Shown: positions 45,063 to 60,253 of the stretch, one piece after another
Numbering within the stretch: position 1 is the first letter of the stretch
Layout of the letters: the number at the start of each line of letters is the position of its first letter
Assembly (NCBI RefSeq): GCF_009914755.1
Contig: NC_060937.1
Strand: one strand, 5' to 3'
DNA from: the human T2T-CHM13v2.0 reference genome, Homo sapiens
DNA length: 64,000 bases
Translations under genes and position numbers: made by a program
The notes under the pieces: generated by a model
The model's input: only the letters and a program-made list of their open reading frames with translations
Told to the model about the DNA's origin: nothing
The model's database searches: none

Positions 45063-48000
45063 AATAAAAGCCTGCAGTTGCTCTTTGCAAATAGTGGCTA
45101 GGAAAGGAAAGATAGGGCCTCGTTTTCACTTCCTCTTGGCTGGGGCCTCCCAGCTGGAGTGCTGTTCTGCAGAGTTCATTCCTCACACACCGGGTGCAGC
45201 CTTTCTCCCAAAGACGGTTAACATTCTCTCGAATTGTCTCCTGACTGAAGTTAAATATAAGCCTGCATTTCATGCGTGTGACTTTGAAGAAGTGACTCAG
45301 TCTTTCCAAGCCCATGTATGTCAAGTAGCAGCAACAGCCGAGACATGGCAAGGGCTATTTCTGGGGAGTTAAGAAGCAAAGGACTGTAAAGCCTCATTGC
45401 CCAGGACGTAGCAAGCGCACAGCAAAGTTACATGCATATAACTTTGTTGTTAATGAAGCCTCTGACAGTCAGTTTCCTCATCTGTGAAATGGATACTAAA
45501 TCCTAAGATGTGGGACTTGCAATTAAGTCATGATGTCAGTGGTGCTGTGCCTGGCTTGGAGTGACGGTTGCTCAAGGTGAAATTGCAGAAGCAAGCTTTT
45601 CTCAGGCAGCTCTAGTCCTCACTGTTCACCGTTCTATGTTGATGCTTCCACACTCACCCTCCCTTCAGACTCCAGCTGTCCCCTCCTTGGGGATCATACC
45701 TTAATGAAACCATAATTGTTTTTTCCAAAATTGCTGTACAACTGCATTCTCCACAAAACACAGTTTACATGTGTAGACACAATCATGGCTCAGCTCTGTG
45801 GCTTAATTTGGAAATAATATGTCTTTTCTTTACTCTCTTGTTTCTGTCTTCATTCTAGAACAACATGTGTCACATAGTAAGCACTCATCAAATACTTACC
45901 AAGTGAATACATGTTACAGAAATCTATTTCTCTACACTCTCTTCATTAAAAGAGAATTTGCTTCCTATCGGTATATGAGAGGGAGCACAATTTGGCAAGG
46001 TTCGAGAAGTACCCTTGAAATGTGTCAAGGCTAGATTTGTCTGCATATTTTTAACAGAAGCCCTTTAAAAAAATTTTAAATGGACAGAAATTAGGTCTTC
46101 TGTGTTGCTCTTCTGAGAAATGTGTTACTGGGAATAACAGAACACAATTGCACAGTTCACCACCTATGACGCAGTTGTACATCCAACAAATAGTAATTAA
46201 GTGTCTTCCATGAGCCTGGATTCTCCCCGAGGATCTGACAGACCAGTAGGAGAGATAAGTGGTCAAACAAATTATAGGGGAAGCACAACCACAGCAGTGA
46301 GGACGTGATGGGTGCACACTGGGCCACAGAGTGCCTTGCCCTCCGTGGAAACTGCGAAAGGCTCAGGAAGGGCATGCCAACAGCATCGAGTGCAGTAGTG
46401 CAGTCAAGAGGGTAAAAGATGGGGGCATGGAAGGCAATGGTATTGCCTGAACCGCTCCTCCCACCAGGAAAGAAAAGTTATAACAAAGTTGCGATATATG
46501 ACAGCTCAGTAGAAGTCCTTTCTGTCCATTTTGCAGCTGGTTGTAAATCTATCCTACATCCACTCATGTACGCAGCCTCAGCAGTCAGCTAGCAGGCACT
46601 TAATTAAGCATCTTTTTTGTCCTAGGTCCTGTGCTCTGTGCTATGTTTGCTTTCGCTCTGAAACTAGCACAACCACACTAGAAGTGTTGGAAAATGGAGG
46701 AGAGTTACACACGCAGACACTGTTTATTTTGGATGAACAAGCATCTCATTCCTCCTTTTTCTCATAGATTAACTATGCAGGTATTTTGTTCTTGTGAGAA
46801 TGGGACCAAATAACTTATGCACAGAAGATGACTTAAAAGTCACCGACATGCCTTAGCAAAAATACCAAATGGAAAATACTTTGTAGGAGAAAATGTTGAT
46901 CTCCTAACGTGACACACATGTCCGTATCATTCTGCAGCAGTTCAGATAAGAGGCAACTTTATGATGTAATGAGATGGCTTCAGAATGTAGTCTAACTCCT
47001 AAGCTACTGTTAGGATCCCAGAACCTGCCCTAAAAGTATTCTGTGATCATGGACTGTCTTCCCTACTTCATCTCATTGACTTTATCAAGTAGTTGCAAAC
47101 ATTTTATGCATCAATATTAGAACAAAAAAATAAGAAAACTCTTGATGTAAATTCATTTTTAATAACCCTCTAACCAGTATTTGCAAATGAACTTTTAGCA
47201 CGTGTACACATGCACACACACCCGGAAGTAGCCACAAACCAAATTAGACTTTAATTTGTTAACTGTGGTTTTCTAATTTCAGTTTATAAAGAATGAATAT
47301 TTCCAGTTCTGACCCCCAGAGGTTCCATTTTAATTGTTATGGAGTAGAACAGGATAATGCACTCTAGTCATCTGATGTTACTGAACCCCAGACCACACTT
47401 TAAGGAACAGTTCTATCTCTCACAGTAAGTTTCTGGTTGTGTAGCGGTGATAATGTCGATCATGATGGATACTTAGTGATGTTTATCATGTGCAGGCATT
47501 AAGCTAAGTATCTTTCTTCTGTAGAATAGCCCTACCTAGTAGGACTGTCATCATGACCCTATGTAGAGAAGGGCATTAAGTCACTGATCAATGGTGTAAC
47601 TTGTCCTGTGTCACATAGGCAAGTTTGGACCCTTGAGTCAGGTTCTCAACAGCCTCCCAACAAACATGCTACTTTTATTTATAATTGTTTAATGCAAAAA
47701 GGCTCTTCACCGCATCTGAATCAAACTTTGAGGGAATACTGTACCAGTTATGTGTTTTTGCATAACAACCCACCCAGAACTTACAGGTTTACATAAAGTA
47801 GTGATTGTTTTACTATCCCTCTCAGGCTCTGGGTGTCAACAGAGATCACTGGAGCAGTTGTCACTCTCGGTCCTTCATGCAGCAAGGTGGCTGGAATCAT
47901 CTGAAAGCTGGTCACGGGCATGTCTGGTGCCTCAGCCATCTGAGGACTGTGACTCCTTGGGTGTCTCTCTCTGTCTGTGTGGTCTCTCTGCATTGCCTGG

Positions 48001-48624
48001 GCAGCATGACAGCTTCAGGGTATCCAACTTCTTACAGGGAGAGTCAGTGCTTCAGGGGCATGTGCTTTGGGAGAGAGAAAGCAGTAGATGCAGCATCGCT
48101 TTCAGGGAGCCAGTTTTGGGAGGTGAGCAAACTCCCTTCTGCCACGTTCCTTCCATCACCTCAGTCCCAAACACCAAACCAGGTTTAGGAAAGGAGAAAC
48201 AGATTCTACCTCTGGAAAGGATATACTGTGGTGGCCAAGGTGTTGGAAAGTACCATCTGTATCAGTCCACCCTCTGGACAAAACAATTTGTATCCCTCTG
48301 TCATACAAACTATACTCACCCCTACCCCAGACTCCCCAAAGCCTCCTTCATCATCTCATCTGGCTCAGGTTCAAGGGCCAGATCGCATCGTCTAAACCAG
48401 ATCCACATGTGCCGGTGCCTCCGGTACGATTCCTGAGAGAGACAGCGCCTCAAGTGTGTCCTCTTCTAACTGAAGACTTGTGGCCTAAAAAGACAAGTTG
48501 CCTGATCCCCCCACACAAGCAAAATGCATCAGAGGGACAGGTAGAGAATAACTGATGCATGCTTCTGCTCAGACACAGGAGGGAGATCAGGCGACACACA
48601 GTGGTCATTGGTGGGTAGCAGTTG

Positions 48625-48709
48625 TGAACAAGAGCTGGATGCATGTTGCTTATGCCTTCATGAGGATGAACAAGAGCTGGATGCATGTTGCTTATGCCTT
48701 CATGAGGAT
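48625..48709. repeat. Perfect two-copy 42-bp tandem duplication
   Basis: tgaacaagagctggatgcatgttgcttatgccttcatgagga occurs twice with no mismatch. Confidence 0.95.
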
Positions 48710-48867
48710 TTAGTCCAGTTCCCAGGCTGGAAATAATTTTCCGTAGCTCTTAGGTCTATGTTCTGGAATCTTGGTTCCCCACTTTTTGACTAATAATTCC
48801 CAATCCACAAGAGGTGACTTATGTTTGGGGCTAGTAGTTTTTTCAGCCTGCTTCTTCCTTATCAGGG

Positions 48868-49043
48868 TTGTGTTGTTGCTGTTGTTTAGAGGTGAGGTCT
48901 TGCTATGTTGTCCAAGCTGGAGTGCAGTGGCTATTCACAGGTATGAGCATAACGCACTGCAGCCTTGAGCTCCTAGCCTGAAGTGATTCTCTTGTTCAGC
49001 TTCTGGAGCAATTGGGACTGCAGGCTCACATTGCACCTCGCCA
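48868..49043 (-). mobile_element. Alu monomer (FAM/FRAM-like)
   Basis: gaggtcttgctatgttgtccaagctggagtgcagtggctattcacagg is a 7SL-derived monomer pattern. Confidence 0.7.
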
Positions 49044-49386
49044 AAATTTTGAGAGACCAAAGTTTCTTCATTTTTGTGTTCAGGCTGCTCCTTTCAGTGT
49101 AAACTGATAACATTCATTTAAAAGCTTTGTGACTTTCTTGTGAATCAATTCATAATCCACCTGATTAGTCAAAAGCCACACCCACAAATCTTTCTGAGAT
49201 AATCTCTTCTCTATCTGGAAGCTCACTGAGTACTTCCGTGGGTCAGTGCCCTTGATATTCTTAGAAGACCTGTGGTTTTGCTTCCTTGAAAAGACCTATG
49301 AAGCCCCTCCTTGATTTTTTCTGTGTACTTCATGAAGGGTCTCATAAGTGTGTGCTTGACTTCATCTTTAGATCATGTTTTTCTGA

Positions 49387-49775
<389 letters not shown>

Positions 49776-52175
49776 GAAGTCATTTCTTAACATTCAAATT
49801 ATTTGCCATCTGAAGAGCCTGGCAGTGAGGACCATTTTATTTTTAAACTCAGAAGGTTCTTGTTCCTTTATAGTGAATAGTTCTTTCTTTACTTTATCTC
49901 TGTATCCTCATGATTTACTCTAGGCAGCTAGAAGAATCCAGGAGGCAACTTTAACACTGCCTGGAAATCTCCTTAGCTATGTCACCCTGTTCATTTTCTG
50001 TTTTCTATTTTCCACATGACTGTAGGTGAGATACTATTGCTAAACTTTGTACTGTGGCTGAAGTGTTGTGTTCCCTTCAGCTTCCAGCATCTTCCTCACT
50101 GTTCTTTAGGCCTCATCAAGAGCTTTCTTGAGGCCACCACGCTTCCCTGATGGTCCCTTCAAAGCTCCTCCCATGTCCCAAAGCAACTTCAAAGAGTTTA
50201 AGGTTTTTTTGTTTTTGTTTTTGTTTGTACAGCAGCAGTCCACTTCCAGGTACCAATGTTTTTATGACTTGTCTATTGTTATGTAACAAACCTCTCCAAC
50301 TTAGTAGCTTAAGACACCAAAGAAAAGGTTATTATATCTCTCATGGTTCTAGTATTTCGCTGGGCTCTGCTGAGCAGTTCTCAAGGAGCCTCTCTCATCA
50401 CTGCAGTCAGATAGTGATCACTGGAAGTCATAGTCAATTACATCTCTGGTGTCTGGGATGGGAAACCAGACAGCTGAGGGCTGGAGCAGATAGGAGTCCT
50501 CTGGCTCTCCCTCACCTCCACGTAGCCTCTCTACAGTGCCCACAGCATGGCTGCTTCAGGGTGTACAGGCCTGTACATGGAAGTCAGGGCTACCTAGACA
50601 TGTGTCCCAAGGGAAGGAGGGGGCCAGGCAGAGGCTGTATTGTCATTGTCCCAGCCCTAGAAAGCAGGCAACATCATCTTCTAATCATTGTATTCACTGG
50701 GGCAGAGACAGAGACCCTCCCCGATTCCAGATTCTGGAAGAGCATGTGGCGCTGAAAATATTATTGAAGCCAGCTTTGGAAAATACAATCTCTTACAAAT
50801 CCTTTAAATTATTCATATCTTCAGAGCAACTCTGTAATCTTAATGTTAAAAATTGGGTTGCTTCATTCACTTTCTAGAAGCTCAGGGGCTGCTATGTTTT
50901 AGCCCATTGAAAGTAACTGGAATAATGCTTATTAATTAGAGAACTGCACACTTTGGGTACTTTCTATTCTTAAAAGTTGGCTGCTTTGGGGAACCCTGTA
51001 TAGTACTGACTTAGAAAGATGTCCATTGAGTTCAAAAATTACCTTTGTTCTTTTCCATTCCCATTTGAATGATTCCCATTGTTTTCTGGTGACAGTGTGT
51101 TGAGAACTGAGCGAAGCACTTTCCCTACAATATCTATTTTATTCCTTCGAGATACATACTCATATCACCATTTTGTGCATGAAAACCCTAAGGCTCAGAG
51201 AGCTTTGCCCAGGAGCTCTTCTCAAATTACAACCCTGCCCTACCAAGCCCAGCACAAACACACACAGTTCTGTGACCCTCACCCTGGCCTGTTGGTTCTC
51301 ATCTTCAAGGCCTGCATCACATTCTAACATACTGTAGAACTCACTCATTTGGTGTATTTCCTTTTTTGTTGTTGTATGACTGTTCCCACTAGGGTAGAGG
51401 AGGGCAGGGAACTTCTCTTTATTCATGAATTTATCTCAGTAAATACTGGTTGAATGCATATGACTGAATGAATGAATAAAAGGTCATGCTGAGATTTGAG
51501 CCCAGATCCCTCTGATTCCAAAGCTTTAATTTTAACCATTAGACTTCATTGTCTCCCAGAAACTGGGTACAGAGACTGATGTCAAAATGTGCAGTCATAG
51601 AGAGGGAAGAATACAGCTGCCTCAGTTAAATAACTCAAGAACTCAACAAAGGCAGATGTGCCCCTATCAAGAATTCCTGCAGATACAGAAAATACCAACT
51701 TAGTAAAATAATTGAAGATTTGGGAGTTTGGGTATTTCTAAGACTGGAGGTAATTTTTCTAAAATTAACATCTCTGTTATCAGTGAAATTATATTTATTT
51801 AATAAAACATTATTATAATTTACAGTAAAAGCATTAGAAAAAGAAGTCTTGTGGAATTTCTTTTTTGACTTAATTTTCAATTGTTTTAAACTTATATTTA
51901 AGTAGTTTTGTTCCATCTCTTTTGAAATTCACTCTTGTAATAATATTATGCTCATTTGTTTTTCTGAGTATGGCTTCTTTTTTCAACGTCAGAAGTTTCC
52001 CCTTGAAAAGTTCTTAGGGAAATGTTATTCTCTTGGTTTCCCTGTTGAGTATGTGTTTTTGTTAAGGATTGAAATGTACTGATTGTAAAACCTGTCCTCC
52101 CTGACATTTGAACAAAGTCCTTTTTTAAAGTCTCTCCATCCACACAAGTGTTTTTGTTTTGTCCATTTTACATCA

Positions 52176-52635
52176 TTTATTTAATTTAATTTAATTTATT
52201 TATTTATTTATTTAATTTGAGACCAAGTCTCACTCTGTCGCCAGGCTGGAGTGCAGTGGTGCAATCTCAGTTCACTGCATCCTCTGCCTCCTGGGTTCAA
52301 GCAATTCTCCTAACCTCAGCCTCCCGAGTAGCTGGGACTACAGGCGCGTGCCACCTCGCCCAGCTAATTTTTTGTATTTTTAGTAGAAATTGGGTTTCAC
52401 CATGTTAGCCAGGCTGGTCTCAAACTCCTGACCTCAAGTGATCTGCCCACCTCAGCCTCCCAAAGTGCTGGGACTACAAGTGCCCGCCACCACTCCCGGC
52501 TAATTTTTGTATTTTTGGTGGAGACAGGGTTTCACCATGTTGGCCAGGATGGTCTCTATCTTTTGACCTCATGATCCGACTACCTCGGCTTCCCAAAGAG
52601 CTGGGATTACAGGTGTGAGCCACTGCACCCAGCCC
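52176..52635 (-). mobile_element. Trimeric Alu (duplicated left monomer)
   Basis: Right monomer, linker, left monomer, then a second linker and left monomer, all within one pair of ccattt(t/c)acatcattta direct repeats. Confidence 0.85.
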
Positions 52636-52896
52636 ATTTCACATCATTTAAATAATCACGCTTACCCATTTCCGACAGTAAGCTTTCATATGCCACTAAC
52701 TATTAATAGTTAATTGGCCAGGTCTCCTGGGTTTCAAATCATAAGGACCAGTTCAACCCATACCTTATGTCACACCTGTTAGGTCCTAAGAATCCACACC
52801 TAAGTGTGTTCCACCACCTGATCCCTGAGTGTCACTTCCCCACTGCATCTCCAGGGACCGCACCTCCGCAGCCTCCATGGGTGGCTGACATCCTGG

Positions 52897-54850
<1,954 letters not shown>

Positions 54851-55782
54851 GTTTCAGGTGATGGCCGTGGTCGTTCAGAGCAGATATCAGCTTTAAAAAA
54901 AAATCGTATACACCCACTGTGACCAAATAGGTAGGAATTAATATTTCCATATTGCAGAATATGATAGGAAAGGCTCGTGATATAGAAAGACGCAGACCGC
55001 AACTGGATTTAATAAATTATAACTTGATAAATGTTCGACAGAGCAAGGTTAAATGTTAGCTACTAATTTCTTTTTTTAAAAAAATATTTTTTCCTTATAA
55101 CGTGAAAGTGGTATTTTGTGTATGTTTCTATCGCCGATTTCCGTTTGATGTACAGTTCACAGCTAATCCCCGAGCGTGCGGTTTGCCATCCATCTAGCTT
55201 TGCCTGGCGGTGTCTGGGATGTTGACCTAGCCAGTTACTACCCTGCGCTTAATGCCACTCGGCTGTGGGCTGTTTGGGATGAACTGCTTTTCTTCTGGTC
55301 GTATGCCATCCAAGGAGCACTCTAACGCAGCCCCGTTATCTGTGTTTTCTCATCCAGCGACTCAGCCCACAGTGGGGTTTGCAGGTGGAAATCAGTCCAC
55401 TCAAGTGAGCTCCATGACAGGCTGTTGCCTGCATTCAAAAACATTTATTTTGTGTCCCTGTAGAAGAATGTACCTGGCAAAATAAGATTTTCATGACGAC
55501 GTTTTTTGCCAGTCTTTTGTAACTGGCTAACCACATGGCTCTTCCTTCAGATGACACGACCTCAGTGCCAAAGGCACTGCTTTTGCACAGATTCCTTTAA
55601 TCACAAAGAATGTCTTCCTCTTCCAAAAGACATGTTAAGGTTTGTATACAAAACCAAAATGTTTTCTCAATGGTGTGTATTTTGGGGAAGAAGTTCATTG
55701 ATGAAAAGGATCTTCTCCTTAAGGAAAATTATAACCAGTCTCTTCCATCATGATGGCACTGGATCCCCCACTCGCCTCCAGG

Positions 55783-56386
55783 TGAGGCAGGAGGATAGGG
55801 TCTGGAGGCAGGGAACCTAAGGCCCTTTCATGTCGACTCCCTAGAACTAAATTGAAAGGAAAATCATAATTTTCCATGCCTAAGTAACAAAAGGACCCAA
55901 GGCTACTCCCTCTGCAAACCCCCACCTTTTCTGCACCACAGATGGGAAATTGGCTGTCCGCAACCAGTCAGACTTACTGCAGGCAGAGTCTTCCTTTGTG
56001 TACAAATGCAACTCTATAACTTCACCTTAGCCTCTGTTCCATTGCTTTTTGCAACCAATCAGATGTTTGCACAGGAGTGTGATCTTTTAACTTCACTTCA
56101 GCCTCTGATTGGAGGCCACCACTTTATTTACATGAGGTGAGCATGAAGTGGCCAATGGGAAACCTCTAGGGAGTATTTGGACCCGAGAAGATTCTGTATC
56201 TGCGCCCCTGAGCTGCTGCCCAGCCCAATCCCACACTGTGGAGTGTACTTTTGTTTTCGTTAAATCCCTGCTTTCATTCTTTCGTTGCTTCATTCTTTCT
56301 TTACTTTGCTGGGTGTTTTTTCCGATTCTTTGTTCAAAACGCCAAGAACCTGGACAACTTGTAGTCAAGACCCTCTACTGGTAACA
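55783..56386 (+). mobile_element. Solo ERV1 LTR (MER51-like)
   Basis: Starts TGAGGCAGGAGGATAGGGTCTGGAGGCAGGGAACCTAAGGCC, ends CTGGTAACA; 4-bp TSD CAGG on both sides; CCAAT boxes inside. Confidence 0.85.
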
Positions 56387-57355
56387 CAGGGTAGATGGCA
56401 ACTGTGGGCATTCTCATTTCATACTTGGAAAACTTCACGGTGGAGAGGTTAAATATCTTCCTTAGGGTTAAGTGGTAGGATTGGAAGTAAACTTTGACCT
56501 ACAGTGTAGTAACACTTTATGCATGCATTAACCTGCTCCTTCACCAAAAGAAAATACATAAATGTGTAAGCATTCATCATTTGATTAGCGAAATTACTTT
56601 AGGTACAAAAACTAGAACATCTAGAAAGCAATCTGAACAAGTGAAAAGTAGGTCAAGGCTAAGAAACTTTAAAAATGAATGAATAACCTTCTCCCTATTT
56701 ATTCTTCAGACAAATAAGCTAATTGTTTGTTTAGCTAACAGATTCTTCTTAATTATAGGCCATTAATAAATGAAATTGTACTTCTAAATAGCAGAATGTT
56801 TGAATTTCACACACCGTATTTCATTCCAAGGAACAAAATGGATAAGAGAAAATCATTAAATGAACAAATTAATATTTGCTTTTAGAACTAAAAGTTTATT
56901 AAAACCTCATGAACCTCATTTTACTAGAGAAAGGAACAAGGTGAGTTCTTCTTGACTCTATTCAAGGAAGTGAAGTTAATGAATTTCTAGACAGACCTCA
57001 TCATTTGGAAATCCCAAAGTCTACTCCTTAGAGGATAGTGAGAATTATAGTGAGCCCTCCAGGCATAGTGTGTAAATTTGCTAATTTTATTTCCCTGTGG
57101 TGGTATTAACCAGTATTTGGGAACACACATCAAAATCTCAAGTACAACATAGTTCAACTATAATTATAAGACTCTATTTTCTTATTGTGGGCTTTTCTGA
57201 AATCCAATCATTTGAAAAGATTGGATTGAGCCACTTGTGACTTTCTCAAAAATACATGAATTGGCAACTTTGGCCTTTGGCATAGTTGCTGTAGTAATAG
57301 AAAACTTAGCAATACCAGACCAGGTCATCCCTGTACATAATCTAACTCCCTGTAG

Positions 57356-57700
<345 letters not shown>

Positions 57701-58504
57701 TAATTCTTTATGGGCTGTGATGAGGGAAATAAGTTTACAAGTTCAGATGTCATGTTCTCATGGATAGTTCAGGCCATTCTTTTAGAATGTAGGAGAGGTT
57801 AAACATAAGCTATGGAAGGAAAAGCATTCAGTGCTGGTGCTCAGCACTGGGGCTGGTTATATGACTATTAAAGTTTACACAGTTTGATCCTGAGGTTAGT
57901 AATCCATTTTCTTCTGAATGAATTCAATGACTTTTATGGAATTTCTTTCAAGTTTTAAATCTTTTACTTTACCTTCTTTATGCTTAAAGACATTTTTATT
58001 TTCACCGTGAAATAGCTTTCTTACCAAATAATACAGTGTGTGGCTAATTTACCCTTCAGGGTCCTTAAATTAACTAAAGTTCATTTTTTGTTCAATTTTC
58101 ATAGGAGAAAATTATTGCACAAATTTTGCAGAAAGGTTCAAAATGTTCTCCTTGGCTGTTTGGAACAATGACATCGAGGAGATTAAACTGCTCAGTAATT
58201 CACTGCTTTAGTTATTTCTGGTTGAAATATAATGTGCTATAATGTACAGTGAGTTGTGTATAGGAAGCAAGGTTGTTTCTTGCGTAATTCTACTCCATTA
58301 CTATTCCATAGCCTTATATGTAGGATTTCACAAATTCTATGTTGCCCAAACCAGTTCATTTTCTATAGATTCTTGGATATGCAATTTGAAGTATACAAAA
58401 CCATGCAGATTCTAAGAGTGGTGGACACACATATAAGAAAGATATGATTGTGCAGATGATGGATGTGACTGCAGTCTGAGAAGAAATATTTGCAGCAAGG
58501 AATT

Positions 58505-58700
58505 GTAGTGCTTACTGTGCCAGGCATTGTCTGAGTCATCTAATTCTCACAACACTATAAGGCATCTTCTCCACTTATCTCCATTTTACAGGTGGAAAAA
58601 CTGGGGCACAGGGAGATTAATCTACTTGCTCAAAGCTGCTGTGCTCGTGCGGGACAGAGAATGACTTGAGTGCAGTAACTCTGTCTCTAGAGTCTCTTCC
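58505..58700 (-). mobile_element. MIR SINE
   Basis: gtgcttactgtgccaggcattgt...ccattttacaggtggaaaaactggggcacaggga matches the MIR core. Confidence 0.75.
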
Positions 58701-59879
58701 CCTAGCTACCTATGCAATGCTGCTCAGACAGCAAGAGAAAAAGAGACAGAAAAAAAAAAAGTCTTTTAAAATTAATATTTGTTCACTGAGGGGCAACGAG
58801 TAATAGTCATAAGAGTTTAGTTGAAGAGAATTTTCCCATAAACTCAAGAATGCCAAATGAACTTTATACTGATGATGGGTATGTATAATTCTGGGATACA
58901 GTGTCTAGGCTACTTGGCCCTTAAAATTAATATTGACTAAATGTTTAATTGTCTGTTCCATTCTAGACATAAAGATCCCATTAATTCACAACATTTTTTT
59001 CCATCTCATGTGATGATGTGGCTAATATTATTATGCTAATTATTTCTAGTTGCTTGGTTTCAAAAACTATGAGACCCGATTCAAATGGTGAATGAGAGTC
59101 CTTGGCTCCTTTAGGCCACTAGGGTGCTCCATTGCTCTGAATGGCATCTCAGCGTCTGGTTGAGTTTATCCAGAATAAAGTGAAATCACATGAGCATGTT
59201 ATTCTCTACTCACTGAAAAAGATCAGGAAGACAGGGTCTTGACAAAAAATGCAGTACATCTCAGAAATCTGGAGAAGAAAGTGGAAGACAGCCAGGCCGA
59301 ATTAACGAAAATCAGACTCAAAATATTTTTTAAAAATTCAGTTTTATTACATTCTGATACAGTGCATCCTTAGCTTATAAGTTATAAACAGGTACTAAAA
59401 ATGATGTCAACAAAAAAGCTGTAATGTACAGTATTTCTTTGCATATAGTAGGTGGCTATTAAATAGTTGTTTGAGGTAAAATTTACCTATAAAAGAGCAG
59501 TTTGACATACAAATCTATTTGATAGAACTAGCTCTTGTGGCATTTTTACTTAATAAGGATCACATAAGCTAAATGGAAGTCACTATTAATTTCAAATATT
59601 TTATTTGATTACATAAATATTCTGAATAAGAACATTATGAGTTTGGAGTGAGAGTATTTTATAAACAATTTTTTTACAATATACTTTTATTCCATAGGGC
59701 CATTTGTTTACAAAATAATTGTTTTTCAAGTTTTCCTTATGGAAAATTTCAAACATAGACAAAAGTATAAAGAATAGATTAATGAACCTTCTCTGTGGCC
59801 CATCCTATTTCATCTCTACTCCTGCCCATTTCCCTCCTCTGGCACTGGATCATTTTTAAGTGCATCCCAATGTCAAATC

Positions 59880-60253
59880 AGCCAGGCATGGTGGTTCATG
59901 CCTATAATCCAAGCCCTTTGGGAGGTTGAGGTGGAAGGATCGCTTGAGCCCAGGTGTTCAGGACTAGCCCTGGCAAAGTAGCTAACCAGGCCTTGTCTCT
60001 ACAAAAAAAACAATAATGATAATAAAATAGCCAGGCATGGTGGCATGTGCCTGCGGTCCCAGCTACTTGAGAGGCTGAGGTGGGCAGATCGCTTGAGCCT
60101 GGGAAGTGGAGGCTACAGTGGCCGTGGTTGCTCCACTACACTCCAGGTTAGACCACAGAGCAATACACTGCCCAGAAAGAAAGAAAGAAGAGAGAAAGAA
60201 AGAAAGAGAGAAAGAGAAAAAGAGAAAGAAAAAAAGAAAGAGAAAAAAGAAAA
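59880..60253 (+). mobile_element. Alu (AluJ type) with long A/G-rich tail
   Basis: gccaggcatggtggttcatgcctataatcc...gatcgcttgagcccagg, then a (GAAA)n-like tail at 60175-60253. Confidence 0.88.

Noticed and set aside
47750-48436. 228-aa + ORF
   Set aside because: Lies in a decayed MaLR remnant, has no domain similarity that I can see and lacks convincing splice sites.
50150-50755. 201-aa + ORF
   Set aside because: Overlaps an MLT1-like LTR; chance open frame.
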